Assembly: GCA_002269645.1 (NCBI GenBank) | Contig: NIVC01000794.1 | Location: 36,106-100,105 of the forward strand | From: Macrostomum lignano | Lineage: Eukaryota | DNA: 64,000 bases | Direction: 5' to 3' | In this document: positions 47,270-60,200 of the stretch, one piece after another | How the letters are laid out: each line of letters begins with the position of its first letter | Numbering within the stretch: position 1 is the first letter of the stretch | Program-made: the position numbers and the translations under genes | Notes under the pieces: model-generated | What the model was told of the DNA's origin: nothing | The model's database searches: none | What the model saw: the letters and a program-made list of their open reading frames with translations, nothing else

Positions 47270-48543
47270 TCACTCCTAAACCTTCCGGCGCTTTACTCCT
47301 GAACCTTCAGGCGCTTTACTCCTGAACCTTCAGGCGCTTTACTCCTGAACCTTCAGGCGCTTTACTCCTGAACCTTCAGGCGCTTTACTCCTGAACCTTC
47401 CGGCGCTTTACTCCTGAACCTTCAGGCGCTTTACTCCTGAACCTTCAGGCGCTTTACTCCTGAACCTTCGGGCGCTTTACTCCTGAACCTTCGGGCGCTT
47501 TACTCCTGAACCTTCGGGCGCTTTACTCCTGAACCTTCGGCGCTTTACTCCTGAACCTTCAGGCGCTTTACTCCTGAACCTTCAGGCGCTTTACTCCTGA
47601 ACCTTCAGGCGCTTTACTCCTGAACCTTCAGGTGCTTTACTCCTAAACCTTCAGGCGCTTTACTCCTGAACCTTCGGGCGCTTTACTCCTGAACCTTCGG
47701 GCGCTTTACTCCTGAACCTTCGGGCGCTTTACTCCTGAACCTTCAGGCGCTTTACTCCTGAACCTTCCGGCGCTTTACTCCTGAACCTTCAGGCGCTTTA
47801 CTCCTGAACCTTCAGGCGCTTTACTCCTGAACCTTCGGGCGCTTTACTCCTGAACCTTCGGGCGCTTTACTCCTGAACCTCCAGGCGCTTTACTACTGAA
47901 CCTTCAGTCCCTTTACACCTAAACATTCAGATCCTTCACTCCTGAACATCCAGATTCTTCACTTCTGAACATTCAGATTCTTCACTTCTGAACATTCAGT
48001 CCCTTCACTCCTGAACATTCAGTCCCTTCGCTCCTGAACCTTCAGATCCTTCACTCCTGACCATTCAGATCCTTCACTCCTGAACATCCAGATTCTTCAC
48101 TTCTGAACATTCAGATTCTTCACTTCTGAACATTCAGTCCCTTCACTCCTGAACATTCAGTCCCTTCACTCCAGAACATTCAAATTCTTCACTCCTGAAC
48201 ATTCAGTCCCTTCGCTTCTGAACCTTCAGATCCTTCACTCCTGAACATTCAGTCCTTCACTCCTGAACATTCAGATTCTTCACTTCTGAACATTCAGTCC
48301 CTTCACTCCTGAACATTCAGTCCTTCGCTCCTGAACCTTCAGTCCCTTCACTCCTGAACATTCAGTCCGTTCGCTCCTGAACATTCAGATCCTTCACTCC
48401 TGAACATTCAGATTCTTCACTCCTGAACATTCAGTCCCTTCGCTCCTGAACCTTCAGACCCTTCACTCCTGAAACTTCAGTCTCTTCACTCCTGAACCTT
48501 CAGACCCTTCACTCCTGAACCTTCAAATCCTTTACTCCTGAAA
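47270..48543. repeat. 23-bp minisatellite running into the assembly gap
   Basis: actcctgaaccttcaggcgcttt, grading to actcctgaacattcagtcccttc. Confidence 0.95.
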
Positions 48544-48822
48544 NNNNNNNNNNNNNNNNNNNNNNNNNNNNNNNNNNNNNNNNNNNNNNNNNNNNNNNNN
48601 NNNNNNNNNNNNNNNNNNNNNNNNNNNNNNNNNNNNNNNNNNNNNNNNNNNNNNNNNNNNNNNNNNNNNNNNNNNNNNNNNNNNNNNNNNNNNNNNNNNN
48701 NNNNNNNNNNNNNNNNNNNNNNNNNNNNNNNNNNNNNNNNNNNNNNNNNNNNNNNNNNNNNNNNNNNNNNNNNNNNNNNNNNNNNNNNNNNNNNNNNNNN
48801 NNNNNNNNNNNNNNNNNNNNNN
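48544..48822. other. Assembly gap (279 N)
   Basis: Run of n. Confidence 0.99.
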
Positions 48823-48838
48823 GTTAAGAGGCAAAAAA

Positions 48839-48955
48839 GACAACAGCATTTGGTATTCCCAGGCGGTCACCCATCCAAGTACTAACCAAACCAACGTTGC
48901 TTAACTTCGGTGATCAGACGAGAACCGGTGTTTTCAACGTGGTATGGCCGTTGCC
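48839..48955 (-). rRNA. 5S_rRNA: 5S rRNA, copy 1 (1-nt deletion, next to the gap)
   Basis: GGCAACGGCCATACCACGTTGAAAACACCGG...GTACTTGGATGGGTGACCGCCTGGGAATACC...GCTGTTGTC followed by a T6 terminator. Confidence 0.95.
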
Positions 48956-49798
48956 ACTGGCTGATAGGAGCTGAGCTCATAATTAACCTGAACCTGCAGC
49001 TACATGTATATACGGACCATACGGTACGGATCAATTGTGTGGGCCGCCTCTCGTCTATACTCTAATTATTGTAATATATAATTAGTAATGCGGACGGATT
49101 TACCGCGCTCGTAGTATATAGTGAACTATAGTGGTGATTTGCAGTCAAGTCAAAGTCAACCTAACTAGCTCAACGCAAACAGTAACGCGTACAGTCCAGC
49201 TTGACTCTGTATACTCAGCAACATTGAAAAGTCGCCACTCTATGCGCCAGTGATCAATTTGTCTTGGACTATTCTGAAATAAAAGATGCCAGAAAAACTG
49301 ATCGGGGTAGCTTTGATCCGTCCAAACCTCGCACACCGCTCCCCCACTCCATTCCTCAACTCAAGTCTGCCGTGGCGTAGCTGAGTTGCGTCGCTCGCAA
49401 ATATTGAGAGAGACTTTACCTGCACTCTCTCAAAAGTGGCGACCACAGACGGAATCTTCTGTGATGGCGACTTTTCAATGTTGCTGAGTATAATTCATTG
49501 TTGGCGCCATCAACAAAGTTGTACATGTACATATGCACATCCGCACGCATAGAGCGATCTAAGAAATTACATTTGATTATTGCAACTCGAAGAGATCTAG
49601 TATAGCCTAGTATAGCCTCTGTACACCGCGATGCATATGCGCGCTATATCATGCTATGCTATAATGGTGCAACAACTAATTTACAACTTGCGGGTAAATA
49701 GAATATTTAGTTTAAAATAATTAGTAGGACACGCTAAATCCAGAATTACAATCAACCAACTATAATTAATTGATTGTGTGTCTTTAGCTTTGTTAGGC

Positions 49799-49909
49799 AG
49801 CGCGGTTAGCGCGGCTTGTCAAAAATTGAGTAGATCGCTCAATTGGATCCACGCGGTGTCTTACCATGCAAAATATTGAGTCTTCGCAGTAAGAGACCGT
49901 CGATACGGC
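49799..49909 (-). ncRNA. SL_RNA: Spliced-leader (SL) RNA, copy 1
   Basis: 45-nt exon ending AUG (49909-49865), GTAAG donor, Sm site AATTTTTGA. The 3' stem has small indels in this copy. Confidence 0.88.
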
Positions 49910-50484
49910 AAAGAGACGAGCTGGAACCGGCTCTCACTGAGTGCACAGCTCTCCGTTTGAGCCTCGAGCCTAGGGCAAATTATTTTGTTGAACTTTATCT
50001 ACTCCAAGTAAGTTTTGCCGACTAGTGCAGCATTATTTTGCACTAGAGCTTGAAAAGAGCTGCGCGAAAAAGTTTCTTTCTTTCTTTTAGCCGACATGTT
50101 TAGAAAGTGTGCACACAAACGCGCCTCCTAGTTGATTGATTGATGGCTATAAATCAAGTAAAATTCCATGTGAGAAATGGAGATACTCGTAAAACTATTA
50201 ATACACAGTGCATAAGTGCATTAGCGTTACCGCGTGCAAATGCAAAGTGCGCATACAAAATATGAAACGCGAATCGAATCCCTTGACTTGATAGAGTGGA
50301 GTGGAACTCGAAAGGAAGGAATCAGCAGACACCTATGCCGTATGCCCGTATGGTAAAAATTCAAGCAGCATCCAATCCAGTTGGCGGGCGCGGGCGGATT
50401 AGTGGGCCTGGGCCTAAGTATTAATGCATGCAGCAGCTGGAGTTAGTTGATGAGCGCGCGGCATGCAGTTAAAGAGGCAAAAAA

Positions 50485-50602
50485 GACAACAGCATTTGGT
50501 ATTCCCAGGCGGTCACCCATCCAAGTACTAACCAAACCCAACGTTGCTTAACTTCGGTGATCAGACGAGAACCGGTGTTTTCAACGTGGTATGGCCGTTG
50601 CC
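50485..50602 (-). rRNA. 5S_rRNA: 5S rRNA, copy 2
   Basis: 118-nt core plus T6. Stem I GGCAACGGC/GCTGTTGTC, A box, C box, and a TATA-like element at about -24 to -31. Confidence 0.97.
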
Positions 50603-50858
50603 ACTGGCTGATAGGAGCTGAGCTCATAATTAACCTGAACCTGCAGCTACATGTATATACGGACCATACGGTACGGATCAATTGTGTGGGCCGCCTCTCG
50701 TCTATACTCTAATTATTGTAATATATAATTAGTAATGCGGACGGATTTACCGCGCTCGTAGTATATAGTGAACTATAGTGGTGATTTGCAGTCAAGTCAA
50801 AGTCAACCTAACTAGCTCAACGCAAACAGTAACGCGTACAGTCCAGCTTGACTCTGTA

Positions 50859-51137
50859 TACTCAGCAACATTGAAAAGTCGCCACTCTATGCGCCAGTGA
50901 TCAATTTGTCTTGGACTATTCTGAAATAAAAGATGCCAGAAAAACTGATCGGGGTAGCTTTGATCCGTCCAAACCTCGCACACCGCTCCCCCACTCCATT
51001 CCTCAACTCAAGTCTGCCGTGGCGTAGCTGAGTTGCGTCGCTCGCAAATATTGAGAGAGACTTTACCTGCACTCTCTCAAAAGTGGCGACCACAGACGGA
51101 ATCTTCTGTGATGGCGACTTTTCAATGTTGCTGAGTA
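50859..51137. mobile_element. 279-bp MITE with TA TSD, present in every 5S/SL unit (representative copy)
   Basis: 26-bp perfect TIR tactcagcaacattgaaaagtcgcca, TA on both sides. It occurs at the homologous position in all 7 units. Confidence 0.85.
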
Positions 51138-51443
51138 TAATTCATTGTTGGCGCCATCAACAAAGTTGTACATGTACATATGCACATCCGCACGCATAGA
51201 GCGATCTAAGAAATTACATTTGATTATTGCAACTCGAAGAGATCTAGTATAGCCTAGTATAGCCTCTGTACACCGCGATGCATATGCGCGCTATATCATG
51301 CTATGCTATAATGGTGCAACAACTAATTTACAACTTGCGGGTAAATAGAATATTTAGTTTAAAATAATTAGTAGGACACGCTAAATCCAGAATTACAATC
51401 AACCAACTATAATTAATTGATGTTGTCTTTAGCTTTGTTAGGC

Positions 51444-51554
51444 AGCCGCGGTAGCGCGGCTTGTCAAAAATTGAGTAGATCGCTCAATTGGATCCACGCG
51501 GTGTCTTACCATGCAAAATATTGAGTCTTCGCAGTAAGAGACCGTCGATACGGC
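51444..51554 (-). ncRNA. SL_RNA: Spliced-leader (SL) RNA, copy 2 (~111 nt)
   Basis: GCCGTATCGACGGTCTCTTACTGCGAAGACTCAATATTTTGCATG|GTAAG...AATTTTTGA...AGCCGCGCTACCGCGGCT. The donor lies in a stem (TCTTAC/GTAAGA, TGCGAAG/TTTTGCA). Confidence 0.92.
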
Positions 51555-52131
51555 AAAGAGACGAGCTGGAACCGGCTCTCACTGAGTGCACAGCTCTCCG
51601 TTTGAGCCTCGAGCCCTAGGGCAAATTATTTTGTTGAACTTTATCTACTCCAAGTAAGTTTTGCCGACTAGTGCAGCATTATTTTGCACTAGAGCTTGAA
51701 AAGAGCTGCGCGAAAAAGTTTCTTTCTTTCTTTTAGCCGACATGTTTAGAAAGTGTGCACACAAACGCGCCTCCTAGTTGATTGATTGATGGCTATAAAT
51801 CAAGTAAAATTCCCATGTGAGAAATGGAGATACTCGTAAAACTATTAATACACAGTGCATAAGTGCATTAGCGTTACCGCGTGCAAATGCAAAGTGCGCA
51901 TACAAAATATGAAACGCGAATCGAATCCCTTGACTTGATAGAGTGGAGTGGAACTCGAAAGGAAGGAATCAGCAGACACCTATGCCGTATGCCCGTATGG
52001 TAAAAATTCAAGCAGCATCCAATCCAGTTGGCGGGCGCGGGCGGATTAGTGGGCCTGGGCCTAAGTATTAATGCATGCAGCAGCTGGAGTTAGTTGATGA
52101 GCGCGCGGCATGCAGTTAAAGAGGCAAAAAA

Positions 52132-52249
52132 GACAACAGCATTTGGTATTCCCAGGCGGTCACCCATCCAAGTACTAACCAAACCCAACGTTGCTTAACT
52201 TCGGTGATCAGACGAGAACCGGTGTTTTCAACGTGGTATGGCCGTTGCC
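52132..52249 (-). rRNA. 5S_rRNA: 5S rRNA, copy 3
   Basis: Identical to copy 2. Confidence 0.97.
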
Positions 52250-53096
52250 ACTGGCTGATAGGAGCTGAGCTCATAATTAACCTGAACCTGCAGCTACATG
52301 TATATACGGACCATACGGTACGGATCAATTGTGTGGGCCGCCTCTCGTCTATACTCTAATTATTGTAATATATAATTAGTAATGCGGACGGATTTACCGC
52401 GCTCGTACTCGTAGTATATAGTGAACTATAGTGGTGATTTGCAGTCAAGTCAAAGTCAACCTAACTAGCTCAACGCAAACAGTAACGCGTACAGTCCAGC
52501 TTGACTCTGTATACTCAGCAACATTGAAAAGTCGCCACTCTATGCGCCAGTGATCAATTTGTCTTGGACTATTCTGAAATAAAAGATGCCAGAAAAACTG
52601 ATCGGGGTAGCTTTGATCCGTCCAAACCTCGCACACCGCTCCCCCACTCCATTCCTCAACTCAAGTCTGCCGTGGCGTAGCTGAGTTGCGTCGCTCGCAA
52701 ATATTGAGAGAGACTTTACCTGCACTCTCTCAAAAGTGGCGACCACAGACGGAATCTTCTGTGATGGCGACTTTTCAATGTTGCTGAGTATAATTCATTG
52801 TTGGCGCCATCAACAAAGTTGTACATGTACATATGCACATCCGCACGCATAGAGCGATCTAAGAAATTACATTTGATTATTGCAACTCGAAGAGATCTAG
52901 TATAGCCTAGTATAGCCTCTGTACACCGCGATGCATATGCGCGCTATATCATGCTATGCTATAATGGTGCAACAACTAATTTACAACTTGCGGGTAAATA
53001 GAATATTTAGTTTAAAATAATTAGTAGGACACGCTAAATCCAGAATTACAATCAACCAACTATAATTAATTGATGTTGTCTTTAGCTTTGTTAGGC

Positions 53097-53207
53097 AGCC
53101 GCGGTAGCGCGGCTTGTCAAAAATTGAGTAGATCGCTCAATTGGATCCACGCGGTGTCTTACCATGCAAAATATTGAGTCTTCGCAGTAAGAGACCGTCG
53201 ATACGGC
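53097..53207 (-). ncRNA. SL_RNA: Spliced-leader (SL) RNA, copy 3
   Basis: Identical to copy 2. Confidence 0.92.
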
Positions 53208-53785
53208 AAAGAGACGAGCTGGAACCGGCTCTCACTGAGTGCACAGCTCTCCGTTTGAGCCTCGAGCCCTAGGGGCAAATTATTTTGTTGAACTTTATCT
53301 ACTCCAAGTAAGTTTTGCCGACTAGTGCAGCATTATTTTGCACTAGAGCTTGAAAAGAGCTGCGCGAAAAAGTTTCTTTCTTTCTTTTAGCCGACATGTT
53401 TAGAAAGTGTGCACACAAACGCGCCTCCTAGTTGATTGATTGATGGCTATAAATCAAGTAAAATTCCCATGTGAGAAATGGAGATACTCGTAAAACTATT
53501 AATACACAGTGCATAAGTGCATTAGCGTTACCGCGTGCAAATGCAAAGTGCGCATACAAAATATGAAACGCGAATCGAATCCCTTGACTTGATAGAGTGG
53601 AGTGGAACTCGAAAGGAAGGAATCAGCAGACACCTATGCCGTATGCCCGTATGGTAAAAATTCAAGCAGCATCCAATCCAGTTGGCGGGCGCGGGCGGAT
53701 TAGTGGGCCTGGGCCTAAGTATTAATGCATGCAGCAGCTGGAGTTAGTTGATGAGCGCGCGGCATGCAGTTAAAGAGGCAAAAAA

Positions 53786-53902
53786 GACAACAGCATTTGG
53801 TATTCCCAGGCGGTCACCCATCCAAGTACTAACAAACCCAACGTTGCTTAACTTCGGTGATCAGACGAGAACCGGTGTTTTCAACGTGGTATGGCCGTTG
53901 CC
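53786..53902 (-). rRNA. 5S_rRNA: 5S rRNA, copy 4 (1-nt deletion)
   Basis: As copy 2, but aagtactaacaaaccc lacks one C. Confidence 0.95.
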
Positions 53903-54751
53903 ACTGGCTGATAGGAGCTGAGCTCATAATTAACCTGAACCTGCAGCTACATGTATATACGGACCATACGGTACGGATCAATTGTGTGGGCCGCCTCTCG
54001 TCTATACTCTAATTATTGTAATATATAATTAGTAATGCGGACGGATTTACCGCGCTCGTAGTATATAGTGAACTATAGTGGTGATTTGCAGTCAAGTCAA
54101 AGTCAACCTAACTAGCTCAACGCAAACAGTAACGCGTACAGTCCAGCTTGACTCTGTATACTCAGCAACATTGAAAAGTCGCCACTCTATGCGCCAGTGA
54201 TCAATTTGTCTTGGACTATTCTGAAATAATTAAATAAAAGATGCCAGAAAAACTGATCGGGGTAGCTTTGATCCGTCCAAACCTCGCACACCGCTCCCCC
54301 ACTCCATTCCTCAACTCAAGTCTGCCGTGGCGTAGCTGAGTTGCGTCGCTCGCAAATATTGAGAGAGACTTTACCTGCACTCTCTCAAAAGTGGCGACCA
54401 CAGACGGAATCTTCTGTGATGGCGACTTTTCAATGTTGCTGAGTATAATTCATTGTTGGCGCCATCAACAAAGTTGTACATGTACATATGCACATCCGCA
54501 CGCATAGAGCGATCTAAGAAATTACATTTGATTATTGCAACTCGAAGAGATCTAGTATAGCCTAGTATAGCCTCTGTACACCGCGATGCATATGCGCGCT
54601 ATATCATGCTATGCTATAATGGTGCAACAACTAATTTACAACTTGCGGGTAAATAGAATATTTAGTTTAAAATAATTAGTAGGACACGCTAAATCCAGAA
54701 TTACAATCAACCAACTATAATTAATTGATGTTGTCTTTAGCTTTGTTAGGC

Positions 54752-54862
54752 AGCCGCGGTAGCGCGGCTTGTCAAAAATTGAGTAGATCGCTCAATTGGA
54801 TCCACGCGGTGTCTTACCATGCAAAATATTGAGTCTTCGCAGTAAGAGACCGTCGATACGGC
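54752..54862 (-). ncRNA. SL_RNA: Spliced-leader (SL) RNA, copy 4
   Basis: Identical to copy 2. Confidence 0.92.
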
Positions 54863-55440
54863 AAAGAGACGAGCTGGAACCGGCTCTCACTGAGTGCACA
54901 GCTCTCCGTTTGAGCCTCGAGCCCTAGGGGCAAATTATTTTGTTGAACTTTATCTACTCCAAGTAAGTTTTGCCGACTAGTGCAGCATTATTTTGCACTA
55001 GAGCTTGAAAAGAGCTGCGCGAAAAAGTTTCTTTCTTTCTTTTAGCCGACATGTTTAGAAAGTGTGCACACAAACGCGCCTCCTAGTTGATTGATTGATG
55101 GCTATAAATCAAGTAAAATTCCCATGTGAGAAATGGAGATACTCGTAAAACTATTAATACACAGTGCATAAGTGCATTAGCGTTACCGCGTGCAAATGCA
55201 AAGTGCGCATACAAAATATGAAACGCGAATCGAATCCCTTGACTTGATAGAGTGGAGTGGAACTCGAAAGGAAGGAATCAGCAGACACCTATGCCGTATG
55301 CCCGTATGGTAAAAATTCAAGCAGCATCCAATCCAGTTGGCGGGCGCGGGCGGATTAGTGGGCCTGGGCCTAAGTATTAATGCATGCAGCAGCTGGAGTT
55401 AGTTGATGAGCGCGCGGCATGCAGTTAAAGAGGCAAAAAA

Positions 55441-55558
55441 GACAACAGCATTTGGTATTCCCAGGCGGTCACCCATCCAAGTACTAACCAAACCCAACGT
55501 TGCTTAACTTCGGTGATCAGACGAGAACCGGTGTTTTCAACGTGGTATGGCCGTTGCC
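55441..55558 (-). rRNA. 5S_rRNA: 5S rRNA, copy 5
   Basis: Identical to copy 2. Confidence 0.97.
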
Positions 55559-56405
55559 ACTGGCTGATAGGAGCTGAGCTCATAATTAACCTGAACCTGC
55601 AGCTACATGTATATACGGACCATACGGTACGGATCAATTGTGTGGGCCGCCTCTCGTCTATACTCTAATTATTGTAATATATAATTAGTAATGCGGACGG
55701 ATTTACCGCGCTCGTACTCGTAGTATATAGTGAACTATAGTGGTGATTTGCAGTCAAGTCAAAGTCAACCTAACTAGCTCAACGCAAACAGTAACGCGTA
55801 CAGTCCAGCTTGACTCTGTATACTCAGCAACATTGAAAAGTCGCCACTCTATGCGCCAGTGATCAATTTGTCTTGGACTATTCTGAAATAAAAGATGCCA
55901 GAAAAACTGATCGGGGTAGCTTTGATCCGTCCAAACCTCGCACACCGCTCCCCCACTCCATTCCTCAACTCAAGTCTGCCGTGGCGTAGCTGAGTTGCGT
56001 CGCTCGCAAATATTGAGAGAGACTTTACCTGCACTCTCTCAAAAGTGGCGACCACAGACGGAATCTTCTGTGATGGCGACTTTTCAATGTTGCTGAGTAT
56101 AATTCATTGTTGGCGCCATCAACAAAGTTGTACATGTACATATGCACATCCGCACGCATAGAGCGATCTAAGAAATTACATTTGATTATTGCAACTCGAA
56201 GAGATCTAGTATAGCCTAGTATAGCCTCTGTACACCGCGATGCATATGCGCGCTATATCATGCTATGCTATAATGGTGCAACAACTAATTTACAACTTGC
56301 GGGTAAATAGAATATTTAGTTTAAAATAATTAGTAGGACACGCTAAATCCAGAATTACAATCAACCAACTATAATTAATTGATGTTGTCTTTAGCTTTGT
56401 TAGGC

Positions 56406-56516
56406 AGCCGCGGTAGCGCGGCTTGTCAAAAATTGAGTAGATCGCTCAATTGGATCCACGCGGTGTCTTACCATGCAAAATATTGAGTCTTCGCAGTAAG
56501 AGACCGTCGATACGGC
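56406..56516 (-). ncRNA. SL_RNA: Spliced-leader (SL) RNA, copy 5
   Basis: Identical to copy 2. Confidence 0.92.
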
Positions 56517-57094
56517 AAAGAGACGAGCTGGAACCGGCTCTCACTGAGTGCACAGCTCTCCGTTTGAGCCTCGAGCCCTAGGGGCAAATTATTTTGTTGA
56601 ACTTTATCTACTCCAAGTAAGTTTTGCCGACTAGTGCAGCATTATTTTGCACTAGAGCTTGAAAAGAGCTGCGCGAAAAAGTTTCTTTCTTTCTTCTAGC
56701 CGACATGTTTAGAAAGTGTGCACACAAACGCGCCTCCTAGTTGATTGATTGATGGCTATAAATCAAGTAAAATTCCCATGTGAGAAATGGAGATACTCGT
56801 AAAACTATTAATACACAGTGCATAAGTGCATTAGCGTTACCGCGTGCAAATGCAAAGTGCGCATACAAAATATGAAACGCGAATCGAATCCCTTGACTTG
56901 ATAGAGTGGAGTGGAACTCGAAAGGAAGGAATCAGCAGACACCTATGCCGTATGCCCGTATGGTAAAAATTCAAGCAGCATCCAATCCAGTTGGCGGGCG
57001 CGGGCGGATTAGTGGGCCTGGGCCTAAGTATTAATGCATGCAGCAGCTGGAGTTAGTTGATGAGCGCGCGGCATGCAGTTAAAGAGGCAAAAAA

Positions 57095-57212
57095 GACAAC
57101 AGCATTTGGTATTCCCAGGCGGTCACCCATCCAAGTACTAGCCAAACCCAACGTTGCTTAACTTCGGTGATCAGACGAGAACCGGTGTTTTCAACGTGGT
57201 ATGGCCGTTGCC
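57095..57212 (-). rRNA. 5S_rRNA: 5S rRNA, copy 6 (U72C variant; insertion 70 bp upstream)
   Basis: As copy 2, except G at 57141 on the + strand. Confidence 0.95.
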
Positions 57213-57282
57213 ACTGGCTGATAGGAGCTGAGCTCATAATTAACCTGAACCTGCAGCTACATGTATATACGGACCATACGGT

Positions 57283-60200
57283 GGGTCGTTCTCAAAGCTA
57301 GGTCACAACTTTTTGTTATTGCAAAAAAAGTTTATACATCGACCAATAATCGTACAAAAAAAATTATTTCGACAATTTCTGTAAGAAGCTGCTACTAAAA
57401 CCACAAGAAAACTTGAAATTGAGAAGAAATCAAGGCTATTTGTTATTCTTTGTTGCGGAAAATAAACGACAAAAATATTAAAGAGAAAATAATATTTTCT
57501 TCTATTTTTATTTTAAATATGCAGTTAAATTTCTTTTGCAAAAATAAAAGAACAAGAAATTGACAAAGGAAATGTTTTTGAGCACAGCATTTTGTTACTC
57601 TGCTCTAAATCCCAGACATTTAAAATTATCGTGTGCGAAGTGCGAAATTATTATAGCATGCACTCGAAAGGACTTCGATCAGTTTAACTAATCACTGAAT
57701 TAAGAAGTCTAAATAAGTCTTGAAAGGTTGAATTAAAAATCAAGTTTTCACTATGTATCTTTTCAAAGTCAAGATGATTCGACAAATAAAGAATGTTCAT
57801 TTTTACGGTGAATAGAATTGTTCATTTTTACATTAAATATAATAAAATCTAACTAATAATAGAAAAAGTCAGGGAACTATCCTTGAACACCAGCAAGCAC
57901 ATTGTGGATTTAATATCAACTGCATGTTCCTTAATAAAGGAATTCGGATTCTAGTATATATTTGATTATTTGTAGCATAATTTCTGAAAACTATAACTTG
58001 CTTGATTTTACTTTAAGTACTTATTACATTAATACTTATACCAAAGCTACATGTACTTAAAATAAAAAATTATAGTTACTTATTAGACATTTTACTCCAA
58101 TTAACTTAAAATAATTCAAATTTATTTTAATTAATTCATTTTTTGAAACTTTTTGGAAAATAGACAAAATTGAATTATTTAATTACCAAAAACCTACTAG
58201 CTTAACTAAAATAGCAATTAGTCTTTAAGAAAAGATTTCACTTGTTAATTGAGAAAAATGAGGATGTGCGAGGTGTAAAAATGCGAAAGAGCATGCAGGA
58301 AACAGAGACAAACAAAAATGTAGGTAAAAGACACTGCACATGCACATAATATGATAACCAGACATAATGCGCACACTGAAACACCAGTAGCAATGACGCC
58401 CAAGCTTTTGATGATCACAAGCGAAAAGGCAAAACCCAGCCATCAATCAAAGAAGTAGACTTTAGCACGCATCTTGAGTGCATCACACATTTTTTGCAGA
58501 GAAGCTCGAAAATTAACATTGTATTCTGTGCACAACCACCAACTGCGACAGGGTCTGCCGGGGGATTTGTGGGCACGCGGTCGCGGATACAAATCGGAGG
58601 AGTCGCTGACCATTCTGAAATTACTAGCTAGTACATGTAATTTTGTGTAATAATATATTTAGCCCGCTTTATTTCTATGCTCTCGTCCGCCTCTCGTTAA
58701 TGCATCCCCAGACTCTTGCAATAATCAAACTTATGATCGACCTATGCATGGCTTCCGTCCCTCGCTTTGAATCTCTCACCTCCCCATAGTTCCATCAACC
58801 TTACCTTAGTGGCTTCCTATGCAAAAATCATCCCTCCGCATCTTACACAGGCTACTTCAGGCTGTAGACTGTACTACACTTTTACTTCAGTAATTAGTTG
58901 CGCTATAAGGAATCTACATGTATTTTGCTCGCAGCGCAGCGCGCTGCTCAAAGAAGTTTAGTTCTATCTAGATATTCTAGTAATTTCAGGTTTGTCTATA
59001 GACTAGAGCTCATGAGATGAGAATTCCATTAACTAGTACATTTAATATGAATGAACTGCGTGTGTGTGTGCTGTGCATACATATGTATAATATACGAGTA
59101 GTTTATGGGCCAAATTATTGTGTGGCACAATTCTTGGCATCACTCAGCAGGCACAAGATGCAGTTAAGCAGCGCACGAAAATTCTACAAAAGAAATTGAG
59201 CCTGGTTGAGGTGATGCGAGGAGGCAGATCCACACAATCTCAGTGAATACACCAGACTGCACCAGATACGAGTCCAGTCGAATGTGCGCACTGGTCTAAG
59301 CAGCACACGCATGTCCTTCTGACAATGACGGCACCTAGCTTCGTCCAAGCCTTTGCCAGCGTCACTGACAGCGTCAATACTACCATGCAGTGCCACCTGC
59401 AGCACCGACAACGGCAATTCCTCCAGTTAGCCCACAACAGTGGCTAAACTGAGGGACAGGGAACCTACCCACAGAAGACACACACATACACACACAGCAC
59501 CGGCAGCAGCACTCTGACAGCATAACCTGAAGCTCCATGAGCTCAGTTTTCAAGCATTGAAGAAGCAGAAGCAGTCATCTTGGATCCAGGGATCAGGAAG
59601 AGTGTTGCATGTCCGACATGTGCTGTTTCCGTGGCAAAAGGTGATGAAGCAAATTAATCAACACTTACTATCTAGCTCGTATTAAGACTAAAAAACTGAG
59701 GCAAGCTGGGATTAAACCAAAGAAAATTTTTTACTATACTTTTTTACCATACTTTTACTATACTTCTATAGTATAGTAGAGAGGTACTCTATTTAAATGC
59801 AGTAAGAAGTGAAACAAATTTATATATTTAATTATTAAATTAAATTAATTCAAGGTAAATAACTAATTTAACCAATTTATTAGGAGTATTTATTATTATA
59901 ATAAATTGATTTTTATACCTTACACGAAATAAGCTCTACATTCATTTCTTAGCTTGGGGCCCATCTGTATAAGGTCAGTTTCTTCAAAATGCTGATTAAT
60001 TAATTAAGGCCTGTTGTCTTTACTTAAATTTATAAGGGCATCTTAGAAGTTAATATTACTATATAATACATGTATAATAGTATTACTATATTATAATAAT
60101 ATAGTTGCAATTTTAATGACTATTGAATAAGTTTAAATGCTTCCCCTATTGACTTTAAATATATGGTATCTTTCCCTTCAGAAAAAATTAGCATAGAATG

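Noticed and set aside
48532-48894. ORF spanning the N run
   Set aside because: Artefact of the assembly gap.
51555-52120. Search for a third ncRNA (U1, U2, U5, U6, tRNA) in the array spacer
   Set aside because: No conserved snRNA or tRNA motifs recognised on either strand; an Infernal/Rfam scan would be decisive.
58263-58340. CXXC-like peptide (CARCKN...KQKCR) inside the 3.8-kb insertion
   Set aside because: Too short and interrupted by a stop; no transposase context recognised.
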